From Paramecium tetraurelia (taxonomy: Eukaryota): a stretch of 64,000 nucleotides of DNA. Position 1 is the stretch's first letter, and each line of letters opens with the position of its first letter. The notes beneath the pieces are model-generated. The model did not search any database, was not told the origin of the DNA, and saw nothing but the letters and a program-made list of their open reading frames with translations. Shown here piece by piece: positions 29,142 to 43,938 of the stretch. The stretch lies in assembly GCA_000165425.1 (NCBI GenBank), contig CT868574.1, positions 248,001 through 312,000 on the forward strand, written 5' to 3'. The position numbers were made by a program, and so were the translations under genes.

Positions 29142-29175
29142 GATTAATTATTTTATATATTAGAATACATTGATA

Positions 29176-29927
29176 TCATTGATTAATGAGTTCTCTGATT
29201 TCCTCCTCTTCTTATTCGTACTTTTATTCGGGGAATCTGACTTTGTCTGGGACTTCAATGGGAATTCCTTTCTTGCCTAAGGAAGGGTTAATTATAATGA
29301 AATACCAGATGGGTCATATGGTCTGTAGATCTTTACTTTGACTCCGATGATACCTTGTTTGAAGAAGCAATGTCTGACAGCAACATCAATCAAGTCTTTC
29401 TTTGGTTGACCGGTGGAGATGATGTAACCAGCTCTGTATTTCATTGACTTGGCTCTTTGTTGTCCCAATTTACCAGAGATAATACATTCGGCACCAATAG
29501 CACCATCAGCCATGATTTATTTCAAGACTGCGTTGGCAGCTGTTCTGACTGGTACTTAAGCGAGCAATTTGGTTTTGAGTGATTCAGCTTGGGCTGGAGC
29601 ACACAATCCCTTTGATTGGACTCTGGCAACAATCAATTGAAGAGCCTCTAAATTAAAGATATAAATTCACAATGTACCTTTGGCATATCCAAATCTCTTT
29701 TGGATTAAGCTTGTGAGTTCTCTCAATTTTCTTCCTTCTGGTCCTGTGACTCCTGCAGTGTTGGCAGCCTTGATTTCAATGTCAGTTTGGACTGGGGTTG
29801 TTCTGACAACAAATCCAGCATAGCCAGCGTCAGTCAAAGCTCTGCTCAAAAAGGAGTGCAATTCAGCTTAGAAGACACCATCGGCAACGAACTTCTTCTT
29901 TTTGTTCATTTATCTGGCTTTGCTCAT
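29176..29927 (-). CDS. RPS3: 40S ribosomal protein S3 (uS3)
   Basis: KKKFVADGVFQAEL..., LRELTSLIQKRFG, ISGKLGQQRAKSMKY, GIIGVKVKI; introns 29648-29670 and 29277-29305. Confidence 0.97.
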
Positions 29928-30032
29928 GATTTTGTTTTGATTTTAAAAAAAAATTTAATTAAGATTTTAGTTTACAAACAATAATGTATTTCATTAGCAA
30001 ATTAAACATTAAATAAATTTCAAAGCAATTAA

Positions 30033-31792
30033 ATGGAAAAATAATTATGCCTCCAACATATGTAAATTATCTAATCAGTCTGTCTCGAAAGAGAATGCTA
30101 CAAACAATATTACTGTTGTTGCGAATGTCTCTTGGAAACTCATTAAAATCATCAACTCATGAATGCAAACGACTTTCAAGACCTTGAAAAATCAATTAAA
30201 GATTCCTCACAGTAACTATTATAAGATATTGAATTCACTCAATAAATTGTTTTCGAATAATTTAATTCCTACAGAACTTTAGTCGATAATTATATATCCA
30301 AACAAAATCAAATCAATAAAAAGGAATTCTCAATTATCCAATAATCTATTAGTCAAAGACTTCTAAAGATAAGACACCTTATTCTAAAAAAAGTGATCAA
30401 TGAATTTCAAATCAAATTGCTTTGGACAGAAGATGAAATTTAAGAAATCTCATAGTATTTGCAAGGTATTTGAATATCTAAATAAATACATAGACTTTGA
30501 TAATAAGGATTTCATTCAAAAGTTAGCAGATTGGTAAGAGAAATTAAGAGAAGAACATAATTCTATTCTCAGCAGTATTCAAATTGACATTGAAACAGAA
30601 TAATGTGAAATAACAACACTTGAATAATAGGATTAATCTATTTATTATGGCTAAAATGTGAATGGAACCTTACATGGAAGAGGAATCATAATTGGATAAA
30701 CATTTATATAGGATGGACTATTTAAAAATGGATAATTTGTTTATGGATTATGGTTGGTTGAAAATTAAGCAAGAGAAATCATATCTAAAGAAGGAGTGGT
30801 TGATGAGTAGGTTCAGAGATAAATGAAATCAATTATAGTATAAACAAACTACTTAAAGACAATTAAGGATTATGACGAGTTGAAAACATCTAATATCAAA
30901 AGATTTTAGTGGGACGAGTAAGAACAAGAGAAAATCTCCTAAATTCTATAAAATGTGATGAATCCTAAAGTGGTGAATCAACACAGACAACTATTACTTT
31001 ACTTTGAAATCCCAGAAGAATATCATTATTTACAATTCATCAAATATTAAGAAACTAAACAAATCAATAAGGATTAGTTATACTTTGGTAGCCTTATGGA
31101 AGATTAATAAACATTGCATGGGAGAGGTATTATAATTACATTAATTATAGGAATTCTTTTTGAAGGAAACTATTCTATAAAAGATGGAATATGGGAAGAG
31201 GGTGAATTTATATGGGGAATATGGATATCTCTGATGAATAACCAATTATTCCAATACTATGGTACTATAACGGAAGAGTAAATCAAGTAATATGAAGAAT
31301 TTAAACTGTTATAGAAAGAATAGGAGAAGCAAGAGCAAAACGAGATGTAAACTATTTATTAATTTAGATAAAAATTAAATCATCTAAAGAAACTAAGATT
31401 TTTCAAGCGTATTTATTAATTTATGGATACTTTGATATCAGGTAGAACTGTATTTTAATTTAGGTTATGTACATAATATAAAATTAAAAGAAGTGTATAA
31501 CAAGAATAAATTAGATAAAGAAATTGATGTTAATGAGAAATATTTGCAATTTGAAAATGAACCAGATATTATTAGAAATAATCGACAATTATATATAGGT
31601 TTCTAGAATGCAGATGGTAGCCCTAATAGCATTGGATTTTATTGTGATTAGAATCTAATTGCTGGAGGATACTGGGAGAATGGAATTTTGTTATGGGGAA
31701 CTTACCACAAATACATAAGTGAAACAGATCAAATAAATGTATAGTAGAACATACCAAAGGATATCTAAGAAAAAATATAAATAATCAAATGA
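30033..31792 (+). CDS. B-box-like + coiled-coil + MORN-repeat protein
   Basis: CLQH..VCLERECYKQYYCCCECLLETHQNH; MORN-like YYGQNVNGTLHGRGII and YFGSL..TLHGRGII. Confidence 0.75.
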
Positions 31793-32060
31793 ACATATTT
31801 CTTCATTAAAATTCAAGAATGATATTTTTGTAATCCACTATTGTATTTAATAACATTTTGTATTCTGAGGATCTTTTAATAGTCTTTAAATTAATAGAAA
31901 CATAGATAATTGCAATAGTAGCTTTAAATAAACAATTTTTGTTTTAAATTTAGATTTAAGCTTATAGAAAGCAAAAGACCATAAAATTATTAATAGAGTG
32001 TCCCCCATTATAAGTACTCAGAAATAGATGTGTCGATAAATTTATTGAACTAGAGTGTTT

Positions 32061-32642
32061 TCATTAAATATTGATTTTTATTATATCATCATTTCTTTTA
32101 TGCTCAGCAACAGGTTTTTTCTTGTTTTTAAATAATCTATCAATAATGAGTGTGTCTTATTAATCAAATCTAACACAGAGATATTCTCCCAAAAGTATTG
32201 TTAGAATACTTAGGATCGTATTGATTATTAACCACAGTTTATTGAATTCAGAAGAGCTTAAAATACAACAAATAAGGAAATGCCATAAATACAAGGAGAA
32301 TACAAAATCTAGCACTTTGCTTCCTTTTACTACTATAAAGATCTAAAATTATATAATCTCATATTTACCAATCCACTCACAACCACTAAGATGTTGAATA
32401 TATTACTCAATAGATTCACACTGAAGTAAGTATCATGGCTATAGATTCCGAAGTCCCAAACTTACCCTAAATGAAACTAATGATTATTGATTCATTTAAT
32501 ACTTTACTTATAATCCCACAGCAAAATCCAGAAATAGGCATACTACTATCAATCCACTATAATAGGTGCATAGTAGTGAAAATAATTGAGTAAGAATCAT
32601 TTTACTATTGAAATTGTCTTTCTTTTTAAAACGTTCTTTCAT
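32061..32642 (-). CDS. SYS1: Sys1 family Golgi membrane protein
   Basis: MILTQLFSLLCTYYSGL...IVVKGSKVLDFVFSLYLWHFLICC...LLGEYLCVRFD; 2 tiny introns. Confidence 0.85.
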
Positions 32643-32661
32643 TAAATAATTAAAATAACTA

Positions 32662-35600
32662 TCATTAAACAAATTGAATTGATTTGTAATTCTATTCCAA
32701 CTAATTTCTCATAGCAATTGGCATTGACGAACTTTAATTAGACAATATCTTACTTAGAGATTTTAAAAATCAGCATACTGGATTATTCTCCTTTCAATTA
32801 TTGGATCTCTTCTAAGAATAAGTCAAAGCCATTGTTGATTCCTTTGCAATCCCTTAAGTCTAATGTTAATTTTTGTAGTTTTTGCTTGCTTATCAAAATG
32901 GCTACCCAAGTCAGAATGGTGGTAAGCAAAGCAGATATATCAGTTTGCTTTTCTTAACTATGCTAATATTAATTAATACTCATTGAAAATGATTTAGGTT
33001 TAAGTCAATGATTATAGATTCTTCAACTCAGTAACAAGTTTTTTCGTAGATATTTATTTGCTACTAATGTAAAATTTTTAGAGATATGCTGCTTTATAAT
33101 TTTTTAAAAAGAGGTATAAATCGTCAAACTAAATACTATTGCAATTTTTTAGTTTTAAGATTTTCAAGTGTTATATTTTAGAGGAATATATTTACTTTAA
33201 TACTTCCCCATTTATTTAGGTATTTGATAAGTTTATTGAAATGATATTAGTAATAAATTAGGATTACAGAAAATGTTTCATTCCATAATGAGTGATATCC
33301 TATTTCTTTAAATTCAAATATTCAATATTCTGTAAACCTTGCGAATGAGCTATTCTCTTAAGAGTTTCGTCTTTAATATAATTATTCTCCTGCATATCAT
33401 GATAAGACATGTAACCATACTTCTCTAAATTTCTGACATTCGCAAATAGACTATTAGTTGTGTGTATTGAAATCTTAAAATCAATCATCTGCTATTCCTA
33501 TTGCTTAGAAGTTAATGGCATCATATTAACCTTCTTCCCGAGTGGTGTCTCAGAAAACTTCTTGAGATCTTTATCTGTTAATGAAGTCTTATTCAAATTC
33601 AATTGGTTAAGATTAGGTAAGTACACAGGGGTGAATAATTTGAGGAGGTTGGAGTCAACCCACTTATTATGGGAGATATCCAATAGAATTAACTTCTAAG
33701 ATTTGTCACACGCAATGAAATCTTCAAATTATTAACACCACAGACATCCAGCCATCCTTAATTTATGAAGTTTGTTTAAATTGTCTGAATTAATTAAGGC
33801 AGTGATTGTTTATACTGATAATTAAGTATATGATAAATCTAAATCCCTCACTTAAGTCACAGATTAACTCATCAAAATCAAATTAAGTTAGTTGTCTTTG
33901 ATTTAGGAATTACTAAAGCTTAGTATTTCAATCTAAAATTAGATAAAAAAGTACCTAAGAAATGATGTCATCAGCAAATAGCCATTCTAATGCATGGGAA
34001 GATAAGGAAGCAGTTTAGAGAATCAATTCACTCACATTTGACTTTTATTAGTTGAGACATTCTAAAACAATTTAGGATTCTAATACATCAGACTGTATTT
34101 CAATTTCTATCTATTATTTTTGATTAATCTTTTTATTTTGCTTTACACAACAAGCAGTAGTTGACTTATTTTAAACCATTGGAGGTTAGATAGGTTTTCT
34201 AATTGATTATTCTTTTTGCTGCTTTTAATGTGACTCCTTGTAATGTTGTCCATCAAATCGGATATAAATATAATTATTATTGCTGTCTTTAAGATAAATC
34301 TATTTTTCAATCACATATCTTCGAATTTCGAAATGAGAGATTTTGCTTCTAAGATTTTTTATAAATCTGCTTACAATTAGACAAATTATTTCTTTATCAT
34401 TCAAACCTAGGACATCAATAACAGTAAAATCATAAGGTTATTAATATCCATAATATTTTTGGGTTGTGGCATCAAATTCAAACTTGTAATAATACTTTCC
34501 AACAATGAAATCATCCTCAGCCAACCTTTCACTTATATTTAAGAAATACTAAACCTAAAGTCTATTGATAGTAGTTTTCTAATCTAATAATCCAAAATAA
34601 AATTATGAATTTATTTATAATTGATGCTCTTCGTGATGATCATCTATTTTATTAATCAGTTTTCCATAATCAATATTAACCTCTTTGTAATTGAGATCAC
34701 TCACTGTATTATATATATGCAACTCTCCTTTTCCATGAGGTAAATTCTTTAACCATACTCCAGAATAAAGAATTTAGAGTTGATTTTAAACTAAACTTTA
34801 CTTTGTGCTAAGTGCTTATTTAGACTCATATAGTTGAGTTACTTAGCTTATCTCGAAGTCTTAATCGTCTTCACATATAGATTTCTTATCTTTCTTATGT
34901 CTTTGAATCTTAAAAATTAAATCATTTTTAGCCGCCTTATACATTATGCCTTGTCCTTCCCTCTCTTATTTTTCTATATTGTATGCACCTTGATATATTT
35001 GGGATTTTAAACTATATGCCAATTAAGAGCTGCCTTATTCAGATTTCCAGACTGTAGGGACAAATTGTTAAGTAAAAGATGTTTAAATAGAGGTGCAAAT
35101 TTAAGAATTGAACAGTGTAGCTAATTCTATGGTAGATATTCTGGTATCTTCATTTTCATCTAGTAGCAACTTTAATAAAGGCTTTATTCTTTTTAACTTT
35201 TAGTCGAAGAGGAAAAACTTTTCAGGATAAAGGTATATTTCATATTTTTCAATTAAGCCTGGCAAGTTTTATTGTCTTTATTCATAAAAGAGACATTCAA
35301 TTTGTTTTCTCAAATTAATTTTGTCATTGTGTAGTAATAATTGCAAAAGGACTAATCCTAAGGAATAGATATCTGATTTAAATGGATTATGTTTAAAATT
35401 GTTGGAGATTGAATCAATCGTATGCGTTATGTGAATATCAAGTTATTATTTTTGATTGGTTGAGAGATAGTGTTCAAATTTTAATGGAGACATATATAAT
35501 ATTGTGCCAAATATTTAATTAATTTCAACTGAGTTTTGATCTTTTGGAACTTGTCTGATTGCTCCAAAGTCATGCAATATAAATTTATGATCTTGAATCA

Positions 35601-36520
35601 AAATGTTTTCAGGTTTAATGTCATTGTGAGCCGATTCTATTAATTATTAATGGATATTGTTTACATCTCCCAATATGCAGATTGTATAATTGATCAACAA
35701 TATCTTTGATGATTTGCAGAATCTCATCATTTGTGAAATTCTCTTTCTGATTTTATTTTTTGTCAATTAAATCTTCCAAAGTGTTTTGTGCTAATTCTTC
35801 TTCTATGATTAAAATGTCCTCCACTTCTAAGATTTGATACTAAAACAAGTAGTTTCCTACGAAGTTTTCTGCCACGTCCTAATTTATCTGTCTTTACATT
35901 AATGCTGCATATAGATTTTCTTAAGTGTTTTGAGAAATTTTCACAGCCACCAAATGCTCATGTTAATTAAGGGCTTTGAATGCTTAGGATTATGCTCCAG
36001 ATCCAACTTTTTTAATATCTCTATAATGTAACAAGGTTAATAAATCAATAAAATCTCGAGTTGTTTTCAAATCACAAAATCTAGATGAATTTTCCAGTAT
36101 TATTTAAGTGTATTGTTTTTACTTAGTTGATACAGTGTTTCTACTATGAGTTCTAGTCTCTTCAATACATGACATTTTTAACAAATGACTAAAAGTTGAA
36201 AGACTTCTTTTTTTTGATTGCTTTCTTTTCATCTCAATTGGTTTTGATTTAAAGAATTCAAGTATGCATTGTTCATTATTTTAAACCTTATTAACCTTAT
36301 TGCATAAATCCATTAGCCATTGAAATCTTTCATTGCTTTCCTCAGGCATTTAAGAATTAAAAACATCTAATCCAAATCTTTGTATTTCTTCACATTTATG
36401 TTCAACCATCCAAAAAGTTTACAGATTTTTATTATATACCTTAAAACATATCTAATTCGATGAATCGTCACTTTAATCTAAGTCTATCTCTACCTCAATA
36501 TTATTTAATAAATAATCCAT
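32662..36520 (-). CDS. Divergent protein kinase + MORN + LRR protein
   Basis: VGSGAQS, VAVKI, AHNDIKPENIL, HDFG, GTILYMSP, KSDIYSLGL; MORN YQGAY..REGQG and YSGVWLKNLPHGKG; LRRs LDLSYT, LDISHN, LNLNKT. Confidence 0.8.
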
Positions 36521-37466
36521 TAATTTATATAATCCATTTGTTATAAACTAAAGATTATTTAACAGATAATTATTTACAGATTATAATATAATAGAGGATA
36601 AAATATCCAATAAGTACTTATTACTATTTATATGGTCATGCATATAAATTGAAGTCTGAAAACTTGAAGTTTTCTGTTGGCTTCCATTTAAAAAGGGATT
36701 TCTTAAGAATTATATAAGCTAAAAAGATAAGGTTTGAGCCTTATAAAAAATCTTCATCATAGAAAGTTTTTGAATTGGATAATACTTTTCTCCAATGAAA
36801 TTCTATTAAATATTAAAATCATTAATAAATTTCAGACTTCAGATTTCACTTCTTCCTAATAATTAGGTGTTCTAGGTAAATTTTGAATTGATTAATAAAA
36901 TTTTAAACTACTTACAATTATGAATCCACTTAAATATAAATAAATTAGAGTTATTAATTTTGTTAATGAGCTAATCTCATATTCATACGTTAGATATTTA
37001 CTAATTTAATTGATTATTCATTAGTAGATTTAAAAGAAGAAATAAGAAAGGCTTATTTACTTAACAGATTTTTAAATAAATTCTATAGAATTAAATACCT
37101 TATAGTAAATGTAATAATTTTAAGGATCCAGTTTTTAGAGAATGAATTATTATTCAAAATTTGGAGTTTCGTTTCAGATAATAAACGGAGATTGATTAAT
37201 AATATACATAATATCAGTATTATCCTAAATAATTTGATGGTCTTCATAATAATAAATAGATGTATGTATCATTATATATTAAAGCAATTTTATATTATGA
37301 ATTTAATGACATTTGTTACATCATCTCCTAAATTAATGATAAAAATATTTAATCAATAAAATATAATATTCACATTATTCTCTTAATTTTATAATTGAAA
37401 TTTATAATAATTAAACGTACATTGATAAAATTTCGGGAATTTTTATTTAAATTTAAAATAACTAAG

Positions 37467-38557
37467 ATGAATGATATGACAAGTCTCTTAAATCTGAAAA
37501 GAGAACAGTTTCATGTACATATTAGGAAATAGAGAAATGAGAAACAATTCAAAGAATCAAGAAAACTTTACTTTTTATCACTGTTTCCTTAGTAAACATA
37601 GATGCAAGAGATAAGCGCCAAAATAAGAGACATAATGGAAAGAGGTGAATAATTGTGTGGAGAACCATTAATAATGATAGTTGAGAAGATTGAAGAAGTT
37701 TTGGAGAAAGAAAGCAATCTTAAATTATTGGATGTAGTTCGATGTCATTATTTAGACCATTGATGCAGCTATTTGGATGCTAAAGTCTGTAGACGCATAA
37801 ATATATGAGGATGAACTGAGTGATAACTATAAGATGCAAAGAATTATCGATAAGATGATACCACTTTCTCAAGGGTATTCTATCCATCAGGGACATATGA
37901 ACTAATAAATTATCATATATGCTGCAAAAGTAATGTGTATTTATGATATAGTTCCTCAAATATTGGACATTGATAGACGATAAATAGATTTACCACTACT
38001 ATGGTGAAGTGGCTGAAACAGTCTATTTCCTATTAAATAAATAAGAAGTCATTTTTATTAAAAGAGGAGTTGAAATAATGCTCAATCTATTCGAATGTGA
38101 TGACGGGAGATTGTTGTCTAAGCTACACGAACTACTTATTTGTGGTCAAAATTTAGTTAAACCTATTTGCATTTTATTATAAAATCACTAAAACTGTGAT
38201 ATTCAAACAACCATTTGCAAAATAGTACTTCAAACATTTTTGATGCAAGATAAAAATGGAATGAACCAATACTTAAATTATACCAATTAGGAAAATCAAC
38301 TAACATTCTTTGATATTTTAATTGAACTAGTTTAAGAATCGGAAGAGAATAGCAGAAAACTCTTTCGTTATCAATTACACATAATTCACCTGATTCTTGA
38401 GTATTCTTCAAGTGAAAGAGAATTACTATATGAGTACTACAAATAGAAAATGAATTCATCAGAATTTAGAATAAGGATGAAAGATTAATGGGTATTTCAT
38501 GAATGGAATTCCATCCAGAATGTTGTTAATTAAATTCAAACGCATTTAGAAGAATGA
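37467..38557 (+). CDS. Divergent importin-alpha-like (IBB-like + helical repeats) protein
   Basis: LKREQFHVHIRKQRNEKQFKESRK resembles IBB 'RR.E..V.LRK.KR...L.KRR'; remainder helical. Confidence 0.55.
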
Positions 38558-38568
38558 TTGAAATGAAA

Positions 38569-39123
38569 TCAATAATCAGTTTTGTTTTTAGTATTTTATT
38601 TTATTTTCATTCTAAACTTATTGAATAGATTTTATCGTTCCTCTAATTTTAATGGTTAAATATTATAACCAATAAGGTTATAATTCACAACTTATTGATT
38701 ATGATTTCTTTAAATAAGTTTGTAATAGTCTGACCAAGTTAATAAATTTGATTGGACTTGTTTTTTGAACATCAATTTCAAACAGCTTTATTTATACTGA
38801 TGGGTAGAGTTTTTTCTAGGAGATAAGCTAGTCATCTAAAACGATTGAGTCGGAGTCTTCATCTCGATTTTTGGACAGCTTTCTTAATGAGATGGTTAAA
38901 TGGTCTCTATAGAACGTCTGCGTTATTGAGTAGTTGTTCTAGATGGAGTCTTAATTTTAAAGTTAATATGTTTTGGTAATTTTAGTTGTTTCTTTGCTAA
39001 AAATGCTTTATCAGAATTCCCATTCCAAGGTTCAATATTCAAACCATTTGTTTATTCTTTATTCAATAGTTCATAATCATCATCAATATTCAATAATGTA
39101 AATTATGGATCATCATAATTCAT
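38569..39123 (-). CDS. Hypothetical protein (184 aa)
   Basis: MNYDDPQFTLLNIDDDYELL... continuous frame. Confidence 0.6.
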
Positions 39124-39463
39124 TAGTAAAAAATATTCTGTAAATTTTATTATATTTCTTAATCCTTATTATAATACAAGTAACCTTATAATAAATAATT
39201 CAAACAAATACTAAACCTAAGGAATACTCTTAAAAAATCTATGAACACAAAACTAATCTCATTTTATTTAGTAAAATTCTTAGATCAAATAAAATTTGCT
39301 TAAAAAGGATGATTATTATTAAATTTAGATGAAGATACTAAAATAATAAAATAGAATGCAAAATAAAATTGAATAAAGTTTTACTATAATATAAGTAGTA
39401 TTGAATTTCCAATATATTGATGATTATTCAATATTATTTATTACTTATAATATTATATAAAGT

Positions 39464-40813
39464 ATGGAGGATATTTAATTGATTGTCAGGAGAATTAAAC
39501 GATCAGGGGAACCTCGTTTAAATCTATCTGCCAAATAAATGATAAGCATCCCACCTGAGATTTACTAATTGAAACTTGTTCATTTAGATCTGAGCTACAA
39601 TAAGATTACATCTATTGAACCTAGAATATTTTAATTGACAACTTTATAAGAATTAGATTTAAGCAATAATTGTATCGAATAAATACCTGAAGAACTTTTA
39701 AACATGCCAAACTTGTAGAGCTTAAACTTAAGCAATAATCCTCTAATTTCTAAATTTTAAACATTAAATGGGCATTTTCATTAACCCTAATTAAACTAGA
39801 TTTTACAAAAGCTGTTTCAAATAAGTCCAGGATCTAATCAGCAATAAAAATAGGAACAGCAAATCGTTCCAGAAAGACCAAAAACATAAAGCAGAGCAAT
39901 TCGATAAATTTAAGAATTGTAACATACCAACCATGTTTTGGAAGTGGATTCAAATGAATTTGAAGTTCAAGAAATCATTTCTTAAGGTGGTTTTTCAATT
40001 GTGCATCGTGGATATTTTAGAGGTACTGAAGTAAGAGCATAAATGTAAATTAGATTGCAATAAAAAAGATCTTTAATCCAAATATTACTTAACAATTATT
40101 AGATGAAATCAATAACGAAATCGAAATGCTCTCTTTATTAAGGCATCCAAATATAGTTTTATTAATGGCATGTTGTACAAAACCACCTAATTTGGTGATA
40201 GCAACTGAATTTATTCAAGGAGGAAGTTTGTATCATCTATTGCATAAGACCAAGTAAGACAAAACTGATCAATTAGTCATTAAATTTCAGATCAATTCAA
40301 ATATACTATCGCCATCTAAATTGCCAGAACTTTGCAATATATGCATTAAGCTGGTGTTGTACACAGAGACATCAAATCACACAACATTTTACTTTAAGGA
40401 TAGACAGTGAAATTGTGTGATTTTGGTTTAACAAAGAGATGTGTAAATATTGGATTTGATTAGTTTAGTCTGAGTTAAATTAGGGTTATTAATAATTTAG
40501 TGGGACTCCAACATACATGGCTCCAGAGTTATTTGCTAAACGAGTAAGTATATTATATGGAGTATTAAAGGCTTATGACAAAGGAGTAGATCTGTTTGCT
40601 TATGGAACATTGTTATGGGAAATATTCGCAAGAGAGGTGCCTTGGGATTGTTTGGAGATGCAAGAGATTGTTTAGAAGACGATGAAGAATGAGTAATTAC
40701 CTGCTAGGAATGTGCCAAAGAATATTATGCAATTAGTGAATGAATTGAGGAGCAAGGAGGAAACGAAGAGACCTTCAATGGATGTTGTTGTTAAATAATT
40801 ATTAAGTAGATGA
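39464..40813 (+). CDS. LRR + TKL (Raf/MLK-like) protein kinase
   Basis: LDLSYNKI, LDLSNNCI, LNLSNNPL; QGGFSIVH, IAIKK, LRHPNIV, HRDIKSHNIL, LCDFGL, GTPTYMAPE; 4 tiny introns. Confidence 0.92.
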
Positions 40814-40903
40814 TTTAATTTAAAATAATATTAAAATAGAATTGCCATACTTTGTTTTTGATTAATAAATTTTTTAACATAATTATAGTTAATTAATTCA
40901 AAA

Positions 40904-41815
40904 ATGAAATCGCTTAAAGAGAGAATGTAAAAAATAGACAAAGTATTATGCATACCTATACGAATAGATATGTTAAAAGCTCAACATTCCTGATTAAAAT
41001 AAGGGTCTTTTCAAACGAAAGAAGAACAATTCATGCATAATGAAGGAACAAGACAAGAACATTAACAATGTTAGCATGATTAGTTCAAATGCGGGGTGTA
41101 TCATTAGTAGAACCTAATTGAAAAAGCAATAGTCAATTTAGATGTTGTAATGTGATACAGTTAGAAGTTAAACATTATCCTTGAAATAATTAAAGATGAT
41201 TCACGAACAAGACTAGATTCAGTGCATGTAATCGTAAAAGGAGGAGTTACAAAATTAGATTAACTAATTAGTGTAAATGAAAAAATAAATATAAGAACAA
41301 GAGGAGAAAAAGAAAAAACAATTTATCACTTAAGACGCTTCACTATTGCCACAAATGCTCAAGTTGTAATAGGAGAAAGTGTCAATTGAAAATGAGATCA
41401 ATTAGATTGATTCTAAAATTGAACAAGTCAGATATTGCAACATTAATAAATTACAAGTACTTCAAAAAAGAAACTGGAAGGAGGAGAAAAAGGTAACTTT
41501 GAGTAAGATTCATATTTATAGTCATTCGAATAAAAATGGTTGGACCTTGAATAAAACGAATCTAAAATTCAAATAGATGACAAGTTATACAATCTTTTCA
41601 TCCATGATTCTCCACCTTAAGAACAAGTTGATTAAAAGACTATTGATACCTTAACAAAGGAAGTGGAAGATCTATTATGTCTTAAATTACCAGATGAGTA
41701 GGAAGATTAATAAGTAGAGCAAAGTCAAAGAAGCAAATTAAATTAGAATTATTAATCTCCATTATACATTATTGAAGAAGAGCAATCTGTGGAATTGTCT
41801 TTTTAAAAATTATGA
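40904..41815 (+). CDS. Hypothetical protein
   Basis: Code-6 frame with tiny introns; E/Q-rich. Confidence 0.55.
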
Positions 41816-41840
41816 ATATAATTTATTAATATAACTATAA

Positions 41841-42724
41841 ATGTCAATTAATAAAAACTTAGATGATGATAAAGCAATTGAGATTGATGAAAATATTCTA
41901 TCAAATTCAGATGGCACTCTCAATGTAATTGAAGAATATCATTAATAAAATGAAACAATTGAAGATGTAGCATATAATTACATTCACTTCGCAATTTACT
42001 TGTTCTACTTTTCAATTTTACAAGTATTTTTAAAGTAATAATCGACGATAATGATAATACTTATAATCCATGCATTATTAAGTGCAATATCATTAATAAT
42101 CAATATAATAAATTCTAAAAATATTATTAATAAAGTAAAAATAGTTTCATGATTTAGTTAAAAATAGTTCTTCGTCTCGATATAGAAATTAGTTTATTTT
42201 GGTTTGTAACATTCCTAAACATTGCTAGCAATCTTGCTATCTATTACTTCTCCTATTAAGCATATAACCTTAAATAATATCGATTGTATGAATGCCTATC
42301 AAAATTGATATTTTTTAGTTTCTTCATCTAAGTACTTTTAATATATATTTTTAGTAATTTTAGTAATTTGACTTCCAAATTAATGTAATGCTTATATTCA
42401 TCAAAATATTGACACAATTTTATGTGAAAAATACAGCCCATTTGATCAAAAGCATCATTTCCCTACCTTAATTTAATTCAATTTGATTAAAATTTATATA
42501 TTTTAATCTACAATAAATTAAAGATATATCAATCAGACCTGAGTAAACTTGATAAGTATTATCAATTTATTACTTCTTTCATCTTTTTGGATATTCTTAA
42601 ATCAGTGAAAAACAATTATAATTTTTCAATTCTCAGAATCGTTCTTTATTGCATAAAAATATAACATTGTTTATGTGGAATCAAAAGAAGGCTAAGAAAC
42701 CAGTTAATAAATATTTTTATATGA
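41841..42724 (+). CDS. Putative multipass membrane protein (3' end uncertain)
   Basis: Acidic N-terminus then hydrophobic segments YIHFAIYLFYFSILQVF, IMIILIIHALLSAISLII, ISLFWFVTFLNI. Confidence 0.45.
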
Positions 42725-43088
42725 ATCTACTAATGTTGTTAAATATAATAAAGAGAAGTAATTTATTCATTCTTAAATAATTTTAATTATTTATTCTGTG
42801 CAACTAATACACACTAACAAACTTCTTATCTAATTTAATAGACTTGTAAAAGTATCAGTTTAAACAATATTGCATTTTAGTATAACCAACTCAATAAAGT
42901 ATAAAGATATAAAATAGATATGATAGACTAGAGAATTAAAATTTATTATAAAGTTGATAGATAGAATTAACCAAAGATATTATAGTTTAACAATGTGATT
43001 GGAGTTCAATTGTAAGTATTGTTTTTTAAGCAATAATTGTATGGATTTTTAAATATTATAATTAAAAAAATCGAGTAGTACTACTAAA

Positions 43089-43899
43089 TCATTTCAAATA
43101 TTTTTATGGTTTTGGTAAATAATGCTAGATGTTCTCCTTTTGTCTTTCTACCATTTATTATAAAAATTCTAATCCTTTTGATATGACTTATTTATTAAGT
43201 GGACCAGGAATTTCATTATGTTTTAAAATTTTGGGCATTATGTCTTTGATACTCTAAATTCTGTTTATCGAGTTGGATTTTTTAATTTCAATTTGCTAAT
43301 CTGTTTTAAAATGAGTTTTTTTCAGCTAATTTTTTGTCTTACTATAATTTCGTCTATCAGCCGATATGTTAGTAGAATTGATTTCTGAGAGTAGTTGTAA
43401 CTATCTTTTATTTTATTATTGACTATTTTTGAGATAACAAATACTTTAATCTGATTTTAAACTATTCCTTCTTCTGTTCAATAATTGATAAGGTCTCCTT
43501 TTAAAACTTAGGATCATTTAAGTTGAATGTTCTGTGAGTATCATATTTATATTGTTAGTTGTGTTATAGAAATTCCATGACTTTTTTTAATTCTAAAATC
43601 TTGTTTTGAGTGGTTGGAACTCTTGGGGGTCTAAAAATTTGACTTTTGTTCCTGCTCTAATCAATAAGATCTGGAATAATAAAGTGAAATACTTGATTTA
43701 TTTGGTTCTTAATCGTATCTTCTTTAACACAAACTCACACTTCTCTTCTATGCATGTTGCTTCCTGTTAACAATCTCTATGATATGATATTAATTGAAAT
43801 GGAATTACAATTCACTACTTAATAGATTTAAGGAGAATTCTATTGATCTTATTCATGCAGCCATCTAGTGAGGGATAATGATTGATGTGATATTTACAT
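43089..43899 (-). CDS. Hypothetical protein
   Basis: Continuous frame after removing 32- and 22-nt GTA..AG introns. Confidence 0.55.
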
Positions 43900-43938
43900 T
43901 TATTTATAAAGATAGTTGTTAAATAATAATAGTTATAT

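Noticed and set aside
32639..32760. Second apparent ATGA overlap (kinase-LRR stop with SYS1 start)
   Set aside because: A canonical 22-nt intron (gtaagatattgtctaattaaag) gives a more natural C-terminus ending at 32662, about 20 nt before SYS1.
36540..37460. Long AT-rich intergenic tracts (also 54870-55460 and 59340-59970) as IES or transposon remnants
   Set aside because: No terminal inverted repeats or transposase motifs were seen, and no CDS is interrupted by a TA-bounded insert. Germline-versus-macronuclear read comparison would be needed.
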